Source: Candidatus Hermodarchaeota archaeon
GTDB lineage: Archaea; Asgardarchaeota; Thorarchaeia; Thorarchaeales; Thorarchaeaceae
Reading direction: 5' to 3'
Length of the DNA: 64,000 nucleotides
NCBI GenBank assembly: GCA_048885865.1
Contig: JBHLLF010000004.1
Span: forward strand, 1 to 64,000
Shown here: in pieces, positions 10,920 to 19,327 of the stretch
How positions within the stretch are numbered: the first letter of the stretch is position 1
Layout: each line of letters opens with the position of its first letter
Position numbers and translations under genes: made by a program
Notes under the pieces: generated by a model
The model's input: only the letters and a program-made list of their open reading frames with translations
What the model was told of the DNA's origin: nothing
Database searches by the model: none

Positions 10920-11879
10920 TTGAGAGAAGGTCTTGTGATGGTGAAACCAACGGTAGACGCCCTGGACATTGACGCAAAGACCGGCACGACATTGGGGTTC
11001 TATACCTATGGTCAGCATAGGCCTAACACTCTGATAATCTCAGGTGCCAATGGCCTCTCAGCTACAGATGTTTACGCGAGTTACTTAATCATGAAGCATC
11101 TTCAAGACCTTGCACGAGTGGATGGTTCGGTCACGCTTCTCCCCGTTGCAGGTCCGCTTGCATTCAGGCTTGGGGCGAAAGTATCGCCTTTAGACTCAAA
11201 GGATTTGGATACTGTTTTTCCCGGTGATGAGCATGGTACCGTTACGCAGAGAATTGCCTGGGAGATATGGAGAAAGGTGTCACAGGCGGACTATGTCATT
11301 CATCTAAAAACCGGAGTCCAATCCTGCATCAGTCATACAGTGGCAATGCATCGAGAGTATATCCATGTCAGGAATCTAGCCTCGCAGATTGGATTGCCCC
11401 TCGTTGTACAGAGCCTAGGAAAAAGAGGTGCTTTGACTACAGAGGCGGCTCATGAGGGTATAGCAGTAGTCACCATTGAAATGCGAGGGGAAAGGGAAAG
11501 CATAGAGCCCCAGGCTGCAGTAGAAGTCAGAGAGGCAATTCTAAACTTCATGAAAATGAAGGACATGATTCCAGGAGAAAGCATCGATACATCCAGTGTT
11601 TACACTGGCAGAACAAAGCAAGTCAATATCGACGCAGAGGGGTTCTTTATTCCTAGTGTAAATCTCGGAGAGGAAATCAGAAATGGCGACGTCCTAGGGG
11701 TTGTCCAAGACAAGTCCGAAGTTCAAAGTCCCTACGACGGCACAGTTGTGTCCCTGAGCCGAATGAACTACCTGTTTGAGGGAGACATGGTTGCCAGTAT
11801 AGCATCACCACTGATTGAACAGCATATTGAGCAAGATGATGACCAAGAAGCAGATGCTGCACCACGGAGGAAATGGTAG
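10920..11879 (+). CDS. Succinylglutamate desuccinylase/aspartoacylase (M14) family protein with degenerate metal ligands
   Basis: DL..VFPGD..GT.TQRIA, ADYVI.L.TG, C-terminal barrel-sandwich (SPYDGTV). Confidence 0.75.
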   Translation: MREGLVMVKPTVDALDIDAKTGTTLGFYTYGQHRPNTLIISGANGLSATDVYASYLIMKHLQDLARVDGSVTLLPVAGPLAFRLGAKVSPLDSKDLDTVFPGDEHGTVTQRIAWEIWRKVSQADYVIHLKTGVQSCISHTVAMHREYIHVRNLASQIGLPLVVQSLGKRGALTTEAAHEGIAVVTIEMRGERESIEPQAAVEVREAILNFMKMKDMIPGESIDTSSVYTGRTKQVNIDAEGFFIPSVNLGEEIRNGDVLGVVQDKSEVQSPYDGTVVSLSRMNYLFEGDMVASIASPLIEQHIEQDDDQEADAAPRRKW

Positions 11880-12310
11880 TGGGCTGCAGTTGCGGACATT
11901 CTGAGCATTTAATGTGTATAAATGTTGGAGACCCGCACCTCAGAGAGAAGGGGAGGATTCTCCTCATTGGGAGCTGCATGAACAGTCGATATCCAGAGAT
12001 CGTGGAGGAATATCGAGAAAGAGGTGGCGGGTCGGCGGTCCTTAATATATGCTTGGAAGAAACCCATGCAAACCAGGCTGGTTTCAAGATTGGATCGATA
12101 GTAAGATACTCACAAATTAGCAAGTTGACAGCTCTGACCGTTGATGGCAGCCCACACTGTGTTCAACTGCATTTTCTTATAGAAGACATCAAACGGCACT
12201 TCACTCCAGAGGTGGAAACAGACCATTATGTAGTGGAAAAAGGAATTGTTCATCAGGTATCAGCCGCCGCGATCAAGCGCGCTCGGCACCTTTCTAAAAT
12301 TGAGGAGTAG
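11873..12310 (+). CDS. Conserved Cys-containing protein, putative Fe-S associated
   Basis: LLIGSC, ICLEE.H, LTVDGSPHCVQLH. Confidence 0.55.
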   Translation: MVVGCSCGHSEHLMCINVGDPHLREKGRILLIGSCMNSRYPEIVEEYRERGGGSAVLNICLEETHANQAGFKIGSIVRYSQISKLTALTVDGSPHCVQLHFLIEDIKRHFTPEVETDHYVVEKGIVHQVSAAAIKRARHLSKIEE

Positions 12311-12321
12311 CAATCTTGGAT

Positions 12322-12909
12322 CTAAATGCTCCTTATGCGAGGGAGCATGAACCCAGCCCGCCTACGGTATTCACGATATGCATCACCATAGTGGATGACC
12401 AATTTCCTCTCTTCCAGCCAGGCTCCAATCATCACATAGATAGACAGTGCGATTGAGAACACAATGACTCGATCGAACGGATAGAGCGCAGCCAGACCTA
12501 CAAGCATCAGGATTGTTGCCAGATATAGAGGATGCCTAATTCTGGAATAGATTCCTCCCGTGATGAGTTCTGCTTTTCTGTCAGTCCTCATATCTGCTAC
12601 GGTGCTAACGGAGATCACACGAGAAGCCATTGTAGATACGACAAACCCAATTATGACCAATATCACGCCAGAAGCGAACAAGAATGGCTGAATGATGGCG
12701 GGTTGGAAGAGGAAGTAGAACCAGTTCCAAAAGTTCATTGCAATAAATGGCACTGCAATTCCGATTATGCTTGTAGCATTGAAGATTCTTGCATAGCCCT
12801 CCTTACCCCATCTATCGATTATCCAATTCTTGGTCCTTAGAGCAGAGATTCCACTGTGTTGTAGTCCAAAGACCAACACCCCCAAAACAATCACCAAGTA
12901 TTCAATCAA
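12322..12909 (-). CDS. ICMT/PEMT/NnrU-type membrane methyltransferase
   Basis: FGLQHS, GIYSRIRHPLY, EERKL...YG..Y..Y. Confidence 0.85.
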   Translation of the reverse strand: MIEYLVIVLGVLVFGLQHSGISALRTKNWIIDRWGKEGYARIFNATSIIGIAVPFIAMNFWNWFYFLFQPAIIQPFLFASGVILVIIGFVVSTMASRVISVSTVADMRTDRKAELITGGIYSRIRHPLYLATILMLVGLAALYPFDRVIVFSIALSIYVMIGAWLEERKLVIHYGDAYREYRRRAGFMLPRIRSI

Positions 12910-12995
12910 ACTAGTTCGTATTGTGGCTTTGAGGAAGTCTTATAAGCCTAACTATTGTTAATTCTATATAGTTAATTATTACGAGATGAGTAATC

Positions 12996-13565
12996 TTGGA
13001 AACAGCGAACCCATTTCAACCAATGATATTCTCAGAGGACATAATGGTCACTGTCAAGGAAGACGGTGAAGACAAGAAAGTTGATGCAAAGCGCTACTGG
13101 GTCCGATACAAGGTCGGAGAAAGTAGTGACATTCGCTATGTCGATGATGGGGATGATGACATAGCTTCTGTGGAAGACAAGACGATCTTTATGGTTCCAT
13201 CAATTCACAGACTCCATGGCGATCCATTCCACTATGACGCATCAACCACAGAAAGAATCAGCGGTTCAGACAGGATTGATAATGAAGCAAAATTCCTTAG
13301 TCGACATGATGCATGCGAATCACATGACATGGTCGAGATTATCTACGAGAGCCCTGGTGTAGAGTGTTGTGCTATGACGAAGGAGCAGGCTGACGAGCAA
13401 GAAGTTCCTCTTCAGTACATGTCTGGTTACCTTTTGGGTAAGAAGAACGGACTGATGAAAGTCGCACTCTCGAAGACAGTCGTGGACGAGACCAAACATA
13501 CCTACTACGACAACATACACATCATTCCTGAATCTACAGTCAAGGAATGGAGCTGCCTCGAGTAG
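12996..13565 (+). CDS. Hypothetical acidic protein, possibly with an Sm-like C-terminal barrel
   Basis: 189-aa ORF filling the interval; beta-strand pattern VEIIY...GYLL...VAL...IIP...VKEW. Confidence 0.6.
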   Translation: METANPFQPMIFSEDIMVTVKEDGEDKKVDAKRYWVRYKVGESSDIRYVDDGDDDIASVEDKTIFMVPSIHRLHGDPFHYDASTTERISGSDRIDNEAKFLSRHDACESHDMVEIIYESPGVECCAMTKEQADEQEVPLQYMSGYLLGKKNGLMKVALSKTVVDETKHTYYDNIHIIPESTVKEWSCLE

Positions 13566-13599
13566 TTCAAACATTCATGCTTATCCCGCTGAGAACAAA

Positions 13600-13667
13600 G
13601 GCGGACGCCCGCTCCATTCTCCATGGATTGGCTGCCCCCACACAGCCAGACAATTTGGGCGTCCGCC
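13600..13667 (+). ncRNA. Putative three-way-junction structured RNA
   Basis: GGCGGACGCCC/GGGCGTCCGCC perfect 11-bp stem enclosing TCCAT/ATGGA and TGGCTG/CAGCCA hairpins. Confidence 0.45.
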
Positions 13668-13873
13668 AAACCCTCCGAGGTCTAAATGTGTGATTTCTTC
13701 AATTCGACTTGCTATTTCCAAAAAATAACAGTACGAATTTTCACGGATGCTTACACTTATATAGACATAAATTAGCGCTTCGGGACACACTCCACTCGGA
13801 GTGACTTTTGTTCGCAACAACACTCTCAGTATGTTTGCGGCCATATCCGGGGGAGTCTATAAGGTGATCATGA

Positions 13874-14812
13874 ATGGCAAAACCGGCCCGCTCCATGAAA
13901 CAGAAAGGACTCATGGTATGTTCTATCTGTGGAGGTAACGAATTCTTTGAAGACTTGACTCGAGGAGAGAGCATCTGTACTTCATGCGGATGCGTCATCA
14001 ACGAGAGACATATTGACTCAGGCCCTGAATGGAGAGCATTCACTGCTGAAGAGAGAGACGCTAGAGCCAGAACCGGCTCGCCAATGACTCTGACAATGGC
14101 AGATAAGGGTCTGGCTACAACAATCGGGTGGAGTGATAGAGACGCAAATGGTAGAACAATTGCTGCTAGTTCCCGTGCAGCAATCTATCGTATGAGAAAG
14201 TGGCAGATCAGGACGCTTGTTCATAGCTCTCAGCACAGAAACTTAAGCATCGCTATGAGTGAGATGGACAGACTGACATCACAGCTTGGGGTCCCTCATG
14301 AAACCAAAGAAACATCTGCACTGATTTACAGGAAAGCTCTTGCAAAGAGGCTTGTAAGAGGAAGAAGCATCGAGGGCATGGTCGCCGCCACCATCTATCT
14401 GTCCTGTCGAATTCATAAGATTCCAAGGCAGCTTGATGAGATTGTGACAGAAGCCAGAGTGAACAGGAAAGAATTGGGTCAGTGCGTACGGCTCATACTG
14501 CGGAATGTTGACGTCAAGGTACCTATACCGTCAGCGAACGACCTTATGCCAAGAATTTCTGCCGACCTACAACTTGATGGAAAGACCGTTCAGACTGCAA
14601 TGGGCATCATCAATGATGCTCGTGAGCAGGGAATCACCGCTGGCAAAGACCCAGGTGGTCTTGCAGCTGCGGCCCTCTACATTGCAGGAATTATCACAGA
14701 TGATAGGCGAACGCAACGAGAGATTGCTGAGGCATCAAATGTGACTGAGGTCACAGTGCGGAACAGGTACAAGGATTTAGCAAACAGCCTCAAAATTACA
14801 ATAAAGCCGTAG
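13874..14812 (+). CDS. tfb: Transcription initiation factor IIB, paralog 1
   Basis: CxxC-CxxC Zn ribbon, GPEWRAF, two cyclin repeats, VTEVTVRNRYK; GGTGA SD; TTATATAG box at about 13756. Confidence 0.97.
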   Translation: MAKPARSMKQKGLMVCSICGGNEFFEDLTRGESICTSCGCVINERHIDSGPEWRAFTAEERDARARTGSPMTLTMADKGLATTIGWSDRDANGRTIAASSRAAIYRMRKWQIRTLVHSSQHRNLSIAMSEMDRLTSQLGVPHETKETSALIYRKALAKRLVRGRSIEGMVAATIYLSCRIHKIPRQLDEIVTEARVNRKELGQCVRLILRNVDVKVPIPSANDLMPRISADLQLDGKTVQTAMGIINDAREQGITAGKDPGGLAAAALYIAGIITDDRRTQREIAEASNVTEVTVRNRYKDLANSLKITIKP

Positions 14813-14834
14813 TGGAGGGATTCGTCCCCCCTAC
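14809..14834 (+). terminator. UUCG-capped hairpin after tfb
   Basis: GGGA-TTCG-TCCC core extended by GTAG/CTAC; T-rich tract downstream. Confidence 0.35.
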
Positions 14835-14900
14835 AGCTCTCATCTCGTTTTCTTAACACCACATTCTTTTGCAGTTATGTATATGACTTCTTGAGTTCAA

Positions 14901-15680
14901 ATGGAGCGATTCCTACTCGCGCTTTGCGGAATCCCATCTTCAGGAAAAACTACTCTAGCTAGAGCCATCAAGGATCATCTAATGAAGGTAATTAAGGCGG
15001 AGATTGTAAGCACGGATAGATGGCGTGATGAGGAGTTCTATTCAGATTTCAAGCCAGAAAAGGAACATAGGGTGAGAAGGGAGGCTCTTGAAAGGACGCG
15101 CAGACTAGTTCAAGGTGGCATATCTGTAATCCATGATGACACAAATTACTATGCCAGTATGAGACATGAACTCTTTGATATTGCAAAGCACAACAAAACA
15201 GCTTTTGCAGTTGTTCATGTTTCTACTCCTATTGAATATGCCATTCAGTGGAATCTGAATAGAGAGAAACCAGTACCTGATAAGGTGATAGAGAAGATAG
15301 CTAAGAGGTTTGACATCCCTGGTTCTAAATATGCGTGGGATAAGCCAATTGCGAGTTACAATCTCATGGAAGATGACCCTAGAGAATCTGCGCTGGAGAT
15401 AGTTGAGAGATTGGAGACGCTTGTTGCCATCTCGGATGAAACTCATTCCTCTGACAAGTCAATGGAAGACTTGTTGGATACCATCACAAGACAGGTTGTG
15501 AACCATTACTTGGATGGGAATCCATCTATGAGACAAAACCCGCTTGTCTCCAAAGAGAGAAGAAGTCTTCTTACAATAGCAAAGGAGCAGGGACTTTCTC
15601 CGCTAGAAACAGAGCAAAGGCTTGAAGCCATACTACTAGAGTTGGAGTTTCGAGCGAAGGATAGAGAAGCCAATGAGTGA
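14901..15680 (+). CDS. pstK: O-phosphoseryl-tRNA(Sec) kinase
   Basis: GIPSSGKTT P-loop, DDTNYYASMRHEL, WNLNR, F..PG.KYAWDKP; adjacent to tRNA-Sec and SepSecS. Confidence 0.9.
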   Translation: MERFLLALCGIPSSGKTTLARAIKDHLMKVIKAEIVSTDRWRDEEFYSDFKPEKEHRVRREALERTRRLVQGGISVIHDDTNYYASMRHELFDIAKHNKTAFAVVHVSTPIEYAIQWNLNREKPVPDKVIEKIAKRFDIPGSKYAWDKPIASYNLMEDDPRESALEIVERLETLVAISDETHSSDKSMEDLLDTITRQVVNHYLDGNPSMRQNPLVSKERRSLLTIAKEQGLSPLETEQRLEAILLELEFRAKDREANE

Positions 15681-15722
15681 AGAGAAGCTGCCCCTCAGGC
15701 CGAAATTGGTTTCTTCCATCAT

Positions 15723-15813
15723 TGGCGGCCTCCAAAGAGAATCGAACTCTCATCGCTTGCACGATCATGGGTTTGAAGCCCACGGAGCCGGACCACCGAC
15801 CCTGTAGGAGGCC
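15723..15813 (-). tRNA. selC: tRNA-Sec (anticodon UCA), 9/4 fold, CCA encoded
   Basis: Reverse complement folds as: acceptor GGCCTCCTA/TTGGAGGCC, D GGGTCGG-TGGT-CCGGCTC, anticodon CGTGGG-CTTCAAA-CCCATG, variable ATCGT-GCAA-GCGAT, T AGAG-TTCGATT-CTCT, 3' GCCA. Confidence 0.96.
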
Positions 15814-15838
15814 ACGTCTTTCTCTGATGGCGATTTGG

Positions 15839-15850
15839 ACTTAAGGTTAG
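15839..15850 (-). promoter_or_regulatory. Probable TATA-like box for tRNA-Sec
   Basis: AACCTTAAGT about 26-35 nt upstream of the tRNA 5' end. Confidence 0.4.
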
Positions 15851-15861
15851 AGGTCAGCCAA

Positions 15862-16506
15862 TCAGATGTATCGGGCAATAATGTCGTGCGTTTCCTTTTT
15901 CCACTCTACACTCTTCTTAGCTAGTTCCATTGCGATGGTACTTGGTAGAGCCTCATCTCTAGGCACTCCCTCGATTCTAGAAAGCCAACCAGAGGTAGTC
16001 AGAGGAAGGGCATGTATGTCCTCACCTTCCGTAGCCTTGATTATCATCTCGCGACCATGAGCCAGTTGGAAATAGACGGCTCCTGCTGGAGCCTTATTAA
16101 GAATATCGAACACAATCTTGTCCCAACAGGTCTTTGCAACAAGCGCTCGCCGAAGCTTCCCCTTCTCTTCCTCTGAGAGAGATTGATACTTGCTTATTGA
16201 GGATTCCACTGATGCAGCAACTTCATTGAGATATTCCTCAAGCTGCTCTTGGTCAGTACCCCAGCCAGTTATCTCCACCAATCTCTGTGCTTCTTCCACC
16301 CAGACACGCACATCAGCATTGGTCTCTTTTGAGGAGAAGGTCGCCTTTCCCTTGTATATCTGGCTTTCAGCTTCGCTATATTCATTCAGCAGAACGCCAG
16401 GCTTTGAGGCGACTACATACCAAGCAAGTCGAAACACAACTGCTGAGTCTGGTATATCATAGCTGATAGTCTTGCTAATCTCGGTCCTGTCGCCAATTTC
16501 TTCCAA
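15862..16506 (-). CDS. Hypothetical protein inside the Sec locus
   Basis: 214-aa ORF, TTG start after GAGGGAGGGT SD, 30 bp after SepSecS stop, same strand; no recognised motif. Confidence 0.8.
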   Translation of the reverse strand: MEEIGDRTEISKTISYDIPDSAVVFRLAWYVVASKPGVLLNEYSEAESQIYKGKATFSSKETNADVRVWVEEAQRLVEITGWGTDQEQLEEYLNEVAASVESSISKYQSLSEEEKGKLRRALVAKTCWDKIVFDILNKAPAGAVYFQLAHGREMIIKATEGEDIHALPLTTSGWLSRIEGVPRDEALPSTIAMELAKKSVEWKKETHDIIARYI

Positions 16507-16536
16507 AGCTTGACCCTCCCTCAGGCCATTTCTGAA

Positions 16537-17847
16537 CTAGCCACTGACCTCCTTAAAGAGTTTCGCAGTAGCATTGTCTATGTCACCCTTAGAAGCGCCT
16601 ATGGCTGCATTCATGACAAGATAACTGTGTGGATAGTTGTCTATGCATGATCCGAACGCACCTGTGGGAATGGCCCTAGGACCAGTGACTCTCAGATTGT
16701 AGAGTCTGCCACCAAGATCTTTGGCGTCCAGACCATCCAGTGTTATTGCTGAAGCAACTGGGTTCTCAACTGAGAGAACACGTTGGCCAATGGACTCTGC
16801 AATCTCGGCAAGCTTTGCGTCAAGTAGGCGCTTGTTCTCAAGCTGTTCAGCTCTCAGAATCTTGTATCTCTCAAGACCAAGGGCAAGAAGAGCCGCCAGT
16901 GTCTGAGCCACAGGCGCTGCAGAAGCTCTCCCTGCGTAGCTCTCAGCAGTTAGCTCTACGGTCTCCTCACTCGGTGAAACTAGGATTGATGCACCAACCG
17001 GTGCCAGGAAATTCTTGTCGCTGCTCTGGACTATTGCATCCACTCGTCCGGCATCAATAGCGGATTGCAGACCAGCCATCACTGCCTCGGACTGAACCCC
17101 ATATGCATTGTTGATAACGAGTGGAATGTCTTCATCACTACAAAGTCGAGCTATCTCTTTCACTGGATCTGACTCCCTCGGTGGAAAGAAGGTCGTGGTC
17201 GCAAGAATTGCACACGATTCCCTCTTCGATACTTCTTTTTCTAGCTTGGCCAAGTCAGCTCGTACAGCATCTCCCTCCAAGACTGTTGATGTGGTCACTA
17301 GGTCAAGGCCTGTCAAAGCAATACCCTTCAGTGGTGAAGAATGATCTAGGCGGGGATGCAATACTGTATCAATTGAGTATTCACTCTTGAGAGCGCTCAA
17401 GACCAGACCAATTGTCATGCCCGTGGCAAGAGGCAACACAATTCCAGCTCTCACATTTGGAAGGCCAAGGTTCTTCATTGCATCAAGAGCCACTTTGTTT
17501 GCAACCTGTTGCATCAAGGAGGCTCCAGGAGCCTTGGGCTGCGGTGCTGTGACGTGACCACTACGGCCAATTCCATGATTAAATCCAGCTGAGAGTTGAG
17601 AAATATATGGAGATGCTACTCGCCCTTCTCGTTCCCCCACTCGTGCTGCAGCGGGGTCTTTGTCAGTATCCATAGATGATAGTAGACGAAACATCAGCTC
17701 GATTTGGTCATCCGCTAGAGATTTCTCAGGAAATTTCCGTCTGTTCAATATGTCTTTGATTGGAGCAAGAAGCGAGTCCATAGTGATGCGACCTCGCTCA
17801 GTCATCCTTTTTGGAATAAGCTCAGCCAGTTTTTCGTCTATATCCAA
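16537..17847 (-). CDS. spcS: O-phosphoseryl-tRNA(Sec) selenium transferase (SepSecS)
   Basis: VGEREGRV, HGIGRSG..TAPQPKAPG.S, PLATGM, R.DH.S, INNAYG, QSSDKNF (PLP Lys), YAGRAS, VTGPR; probable TTG start after GAGGAG. Confidence 0.96.
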   Translation of the reverse strand: MDIDEKLAELIPKRMTERGRITMDSLLAPIKDILNRRKFPEKSLADDQIELMFRLLSSMDTDKDPAAARVGEREGRVASPYISQLSAGFNHGIGRSGHVTAPQPKAPGASLMQQVANKVALDAMKNLGLPNVRAGIVLPLATGMTIGLVLSALKSEYSIDTVLHPRLDHSSPLKGIALTGLDLVTTSTVLEGDAVRADLAKLEKEVSKRESCAILATTTFFPPRESDPVKEIARLCSDEDIPLVINNAYGVQSEAVMAGLQSAIDAGRVDAIVQSSDKNFLAPVGASILVSPSEETVELTAESYAGRASAAPVAQTLAALLALGLERYKILRAEQLENKRLLDAKLAEIAESIGQRVLSVENPVASAITLDGLDAKDLGGRLYNLRVTGPRAIPTGAFGSCIDNYPHSYLVMNAAIGASKGDIDNATAKLFKEVSG

Positions 17848-19225
17848 AGGCCATCTCCTCCTCAACGAATCGCTCATAGACTACCTCTTCAGAGTCCTCA
17901 ACGGGATCCTCGAATTTGACAGATACTACACCTCGTGTGCCAAAAGGCTGCTTAAGGGTTCCCTTGATTCCTCTTGGTGTTTGTACTTGTGATCCAGACA
18001 ATGACTCTGCAATCTCTTTGCTGGAGGCCAGTCCTTCCACCAAAACGTCGTCTTTGCGAATCCTGCTTACATGGCCAGTTCTACGAATGCTCCGCTTCAG
18101 AGCAAGCTTCACAGGAATCTCAATCACTTCGCCAGAACCCAGGATGCGCATTTGTGTGGGAGGCAGATCCGTACGCATCAGGAGAACTCGTGCCCCAATC
18201 TCCACGGGTATGTCCTCCTGAAACATGAGTGCAGCCTTGAATGATGACTCAGTTGCTTCTTCCAGCATCACATTGGTGGCACCTAGAAGTGGAATTAGCT
18301 CGGCTGTCACCGTTGGCATGCCCACAGTAGCACTTAGGATTAGCCCCTTTGAGATCCTACCCTTGTAGAGCCCATTTCTCTGTAAGCTCACGATGATTTG
18401 CCTTGAGTGATGCATTGTGCCAGCTTTCGCAAGATAATTGCCACGTCTGACCATCTTATGGTCAATATCAGGTACATTCAGACCCACGCGATCTCCAGCG
18501 CTGGCTTCGATCCTCTCCTCACCAAATGTCTGTATAGACCTAACTCGTGACTTGTCGCCTTGGGGTGAGAGCTGGACTGTTTCATTGGTGCTCAGGGTAC
18601 CGCGCAGAATTGTGCCTGTGACCACTGTACCATGACCCTTTACAGTGAATGCATGGTCGATAGGCATCAGAAAAGGCTCATCATTTTGCCGCGTCGGGGG
18701 TTCAAGTCTGCGGAGCAAAACATCCCTTAGCTTGCCCAAACCTTCGCCAGTCTTCGAGGAGACCGTTACGTAGTCGACATCAGAGATTCGAGCACCCGCG
18801 ATGATGTCCTTCATCTGCCTTTCAACAGCTTCTAGCCGGGGTGCATCAACAGTGTCAGCCTTTGCAATAGCTACAAGGAGATTCTCAATTCCCATCGATT
18901 TGAGGACAACAAGATGCTCGCCAGTCTGAATCTGTGCGCCTTCGTCAGCAGCAACCACCAGAATGGCGGCATCGATAATGGTCGCACCGGCTACAACACT
19001 CCTAATGAGGTCGGCATGCCCCGGCGCGTCAACAAGTGTGACTAGAAAGTCGCCTAAGGTGAACATAGTGAACCCGAGGTCTATTGTGATACCTCGTTCT
19101 TTGGCCTGTGGATGCTTGTCAAGACCAGCTGTGGACACCTTCTCGCTGAGTGCCCGTGCGAGCTCAGTCTTTCCATGATCTATATGACCCACAAGACCAA
19201 CGTGGATTGGGACCATTTTCTTCAT
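17822..19225 (-). CDS. selB: Selenocysteine-specific elongation factor, archaeal/eukaryal type
   Basis: GHIDHGKT, ERGITIDLGF, DAPGHADL, QTGEHL, DHAF.VKG.GTV.TGT, short domain IV with PFGTRG. Confidence 0.95.
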   Translation of the reverse strand: MKKMVPIHVGLVGHIDHGKTELARALSEKVSTAGLDKHPQAKERGITIDLGFTMFTLGDFLVTLVDAPGHADLIRSVVAGATIIDAAILVVAADEGAQIQTGEHLVVLKSMGIENLLVAIAKADTVDAPRLEAVERQMKDIIAGARISDVDYVTVSSKTGEGLGKLRDVLLRRLEPPTRQNDEPFLMPIDHAFTVKGHGTVVTGTILRGTLSTNETVQLSPQGDKSRVRSIQTFGEERIEASAGDRVGLNVPDIDHKMVRRGNYLAKAGTMHHSRQIIVSLQRNGLYKGRISKGLILSATVGMPTVTAELIPLLGATNVMLEEATESSFKAALMFQEDIPVEIGARVLLMRTDLPPTQMRILGSGEVIEIPVKLALKRSIRRTGHVSRIRKDDVLVEGLASSKEIAESLSGSQVQTPRGIKGTLKQPFGTRGVVSVKFEDPVEDSEEVVYERFVEEEMAFGYRRKTG

Positions 19226-19327
19226 GGTATGGCAGCCACGTTCACGATGCTCATAACAGCTTAAAGCCTTCGGTGACACTCATAATTGAGCGGGTCGTTT
19301 ATTGGGGAGATTGCAGAACAAAGACAC

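Noticed and set aside
13581-14043. Minus-strand ORFs of 87 and 100 aa
   Set aside because: They span the tfb promoter, structured region and coding start; no recognisable motif
15668-15712. SECIS-like AUGA...GA arrangement at the end of pstK
   Set aside because: The upper helix pairs poorly and there is no plausible Sec codon to serve; the pstK TGA is at the expected C-terminus
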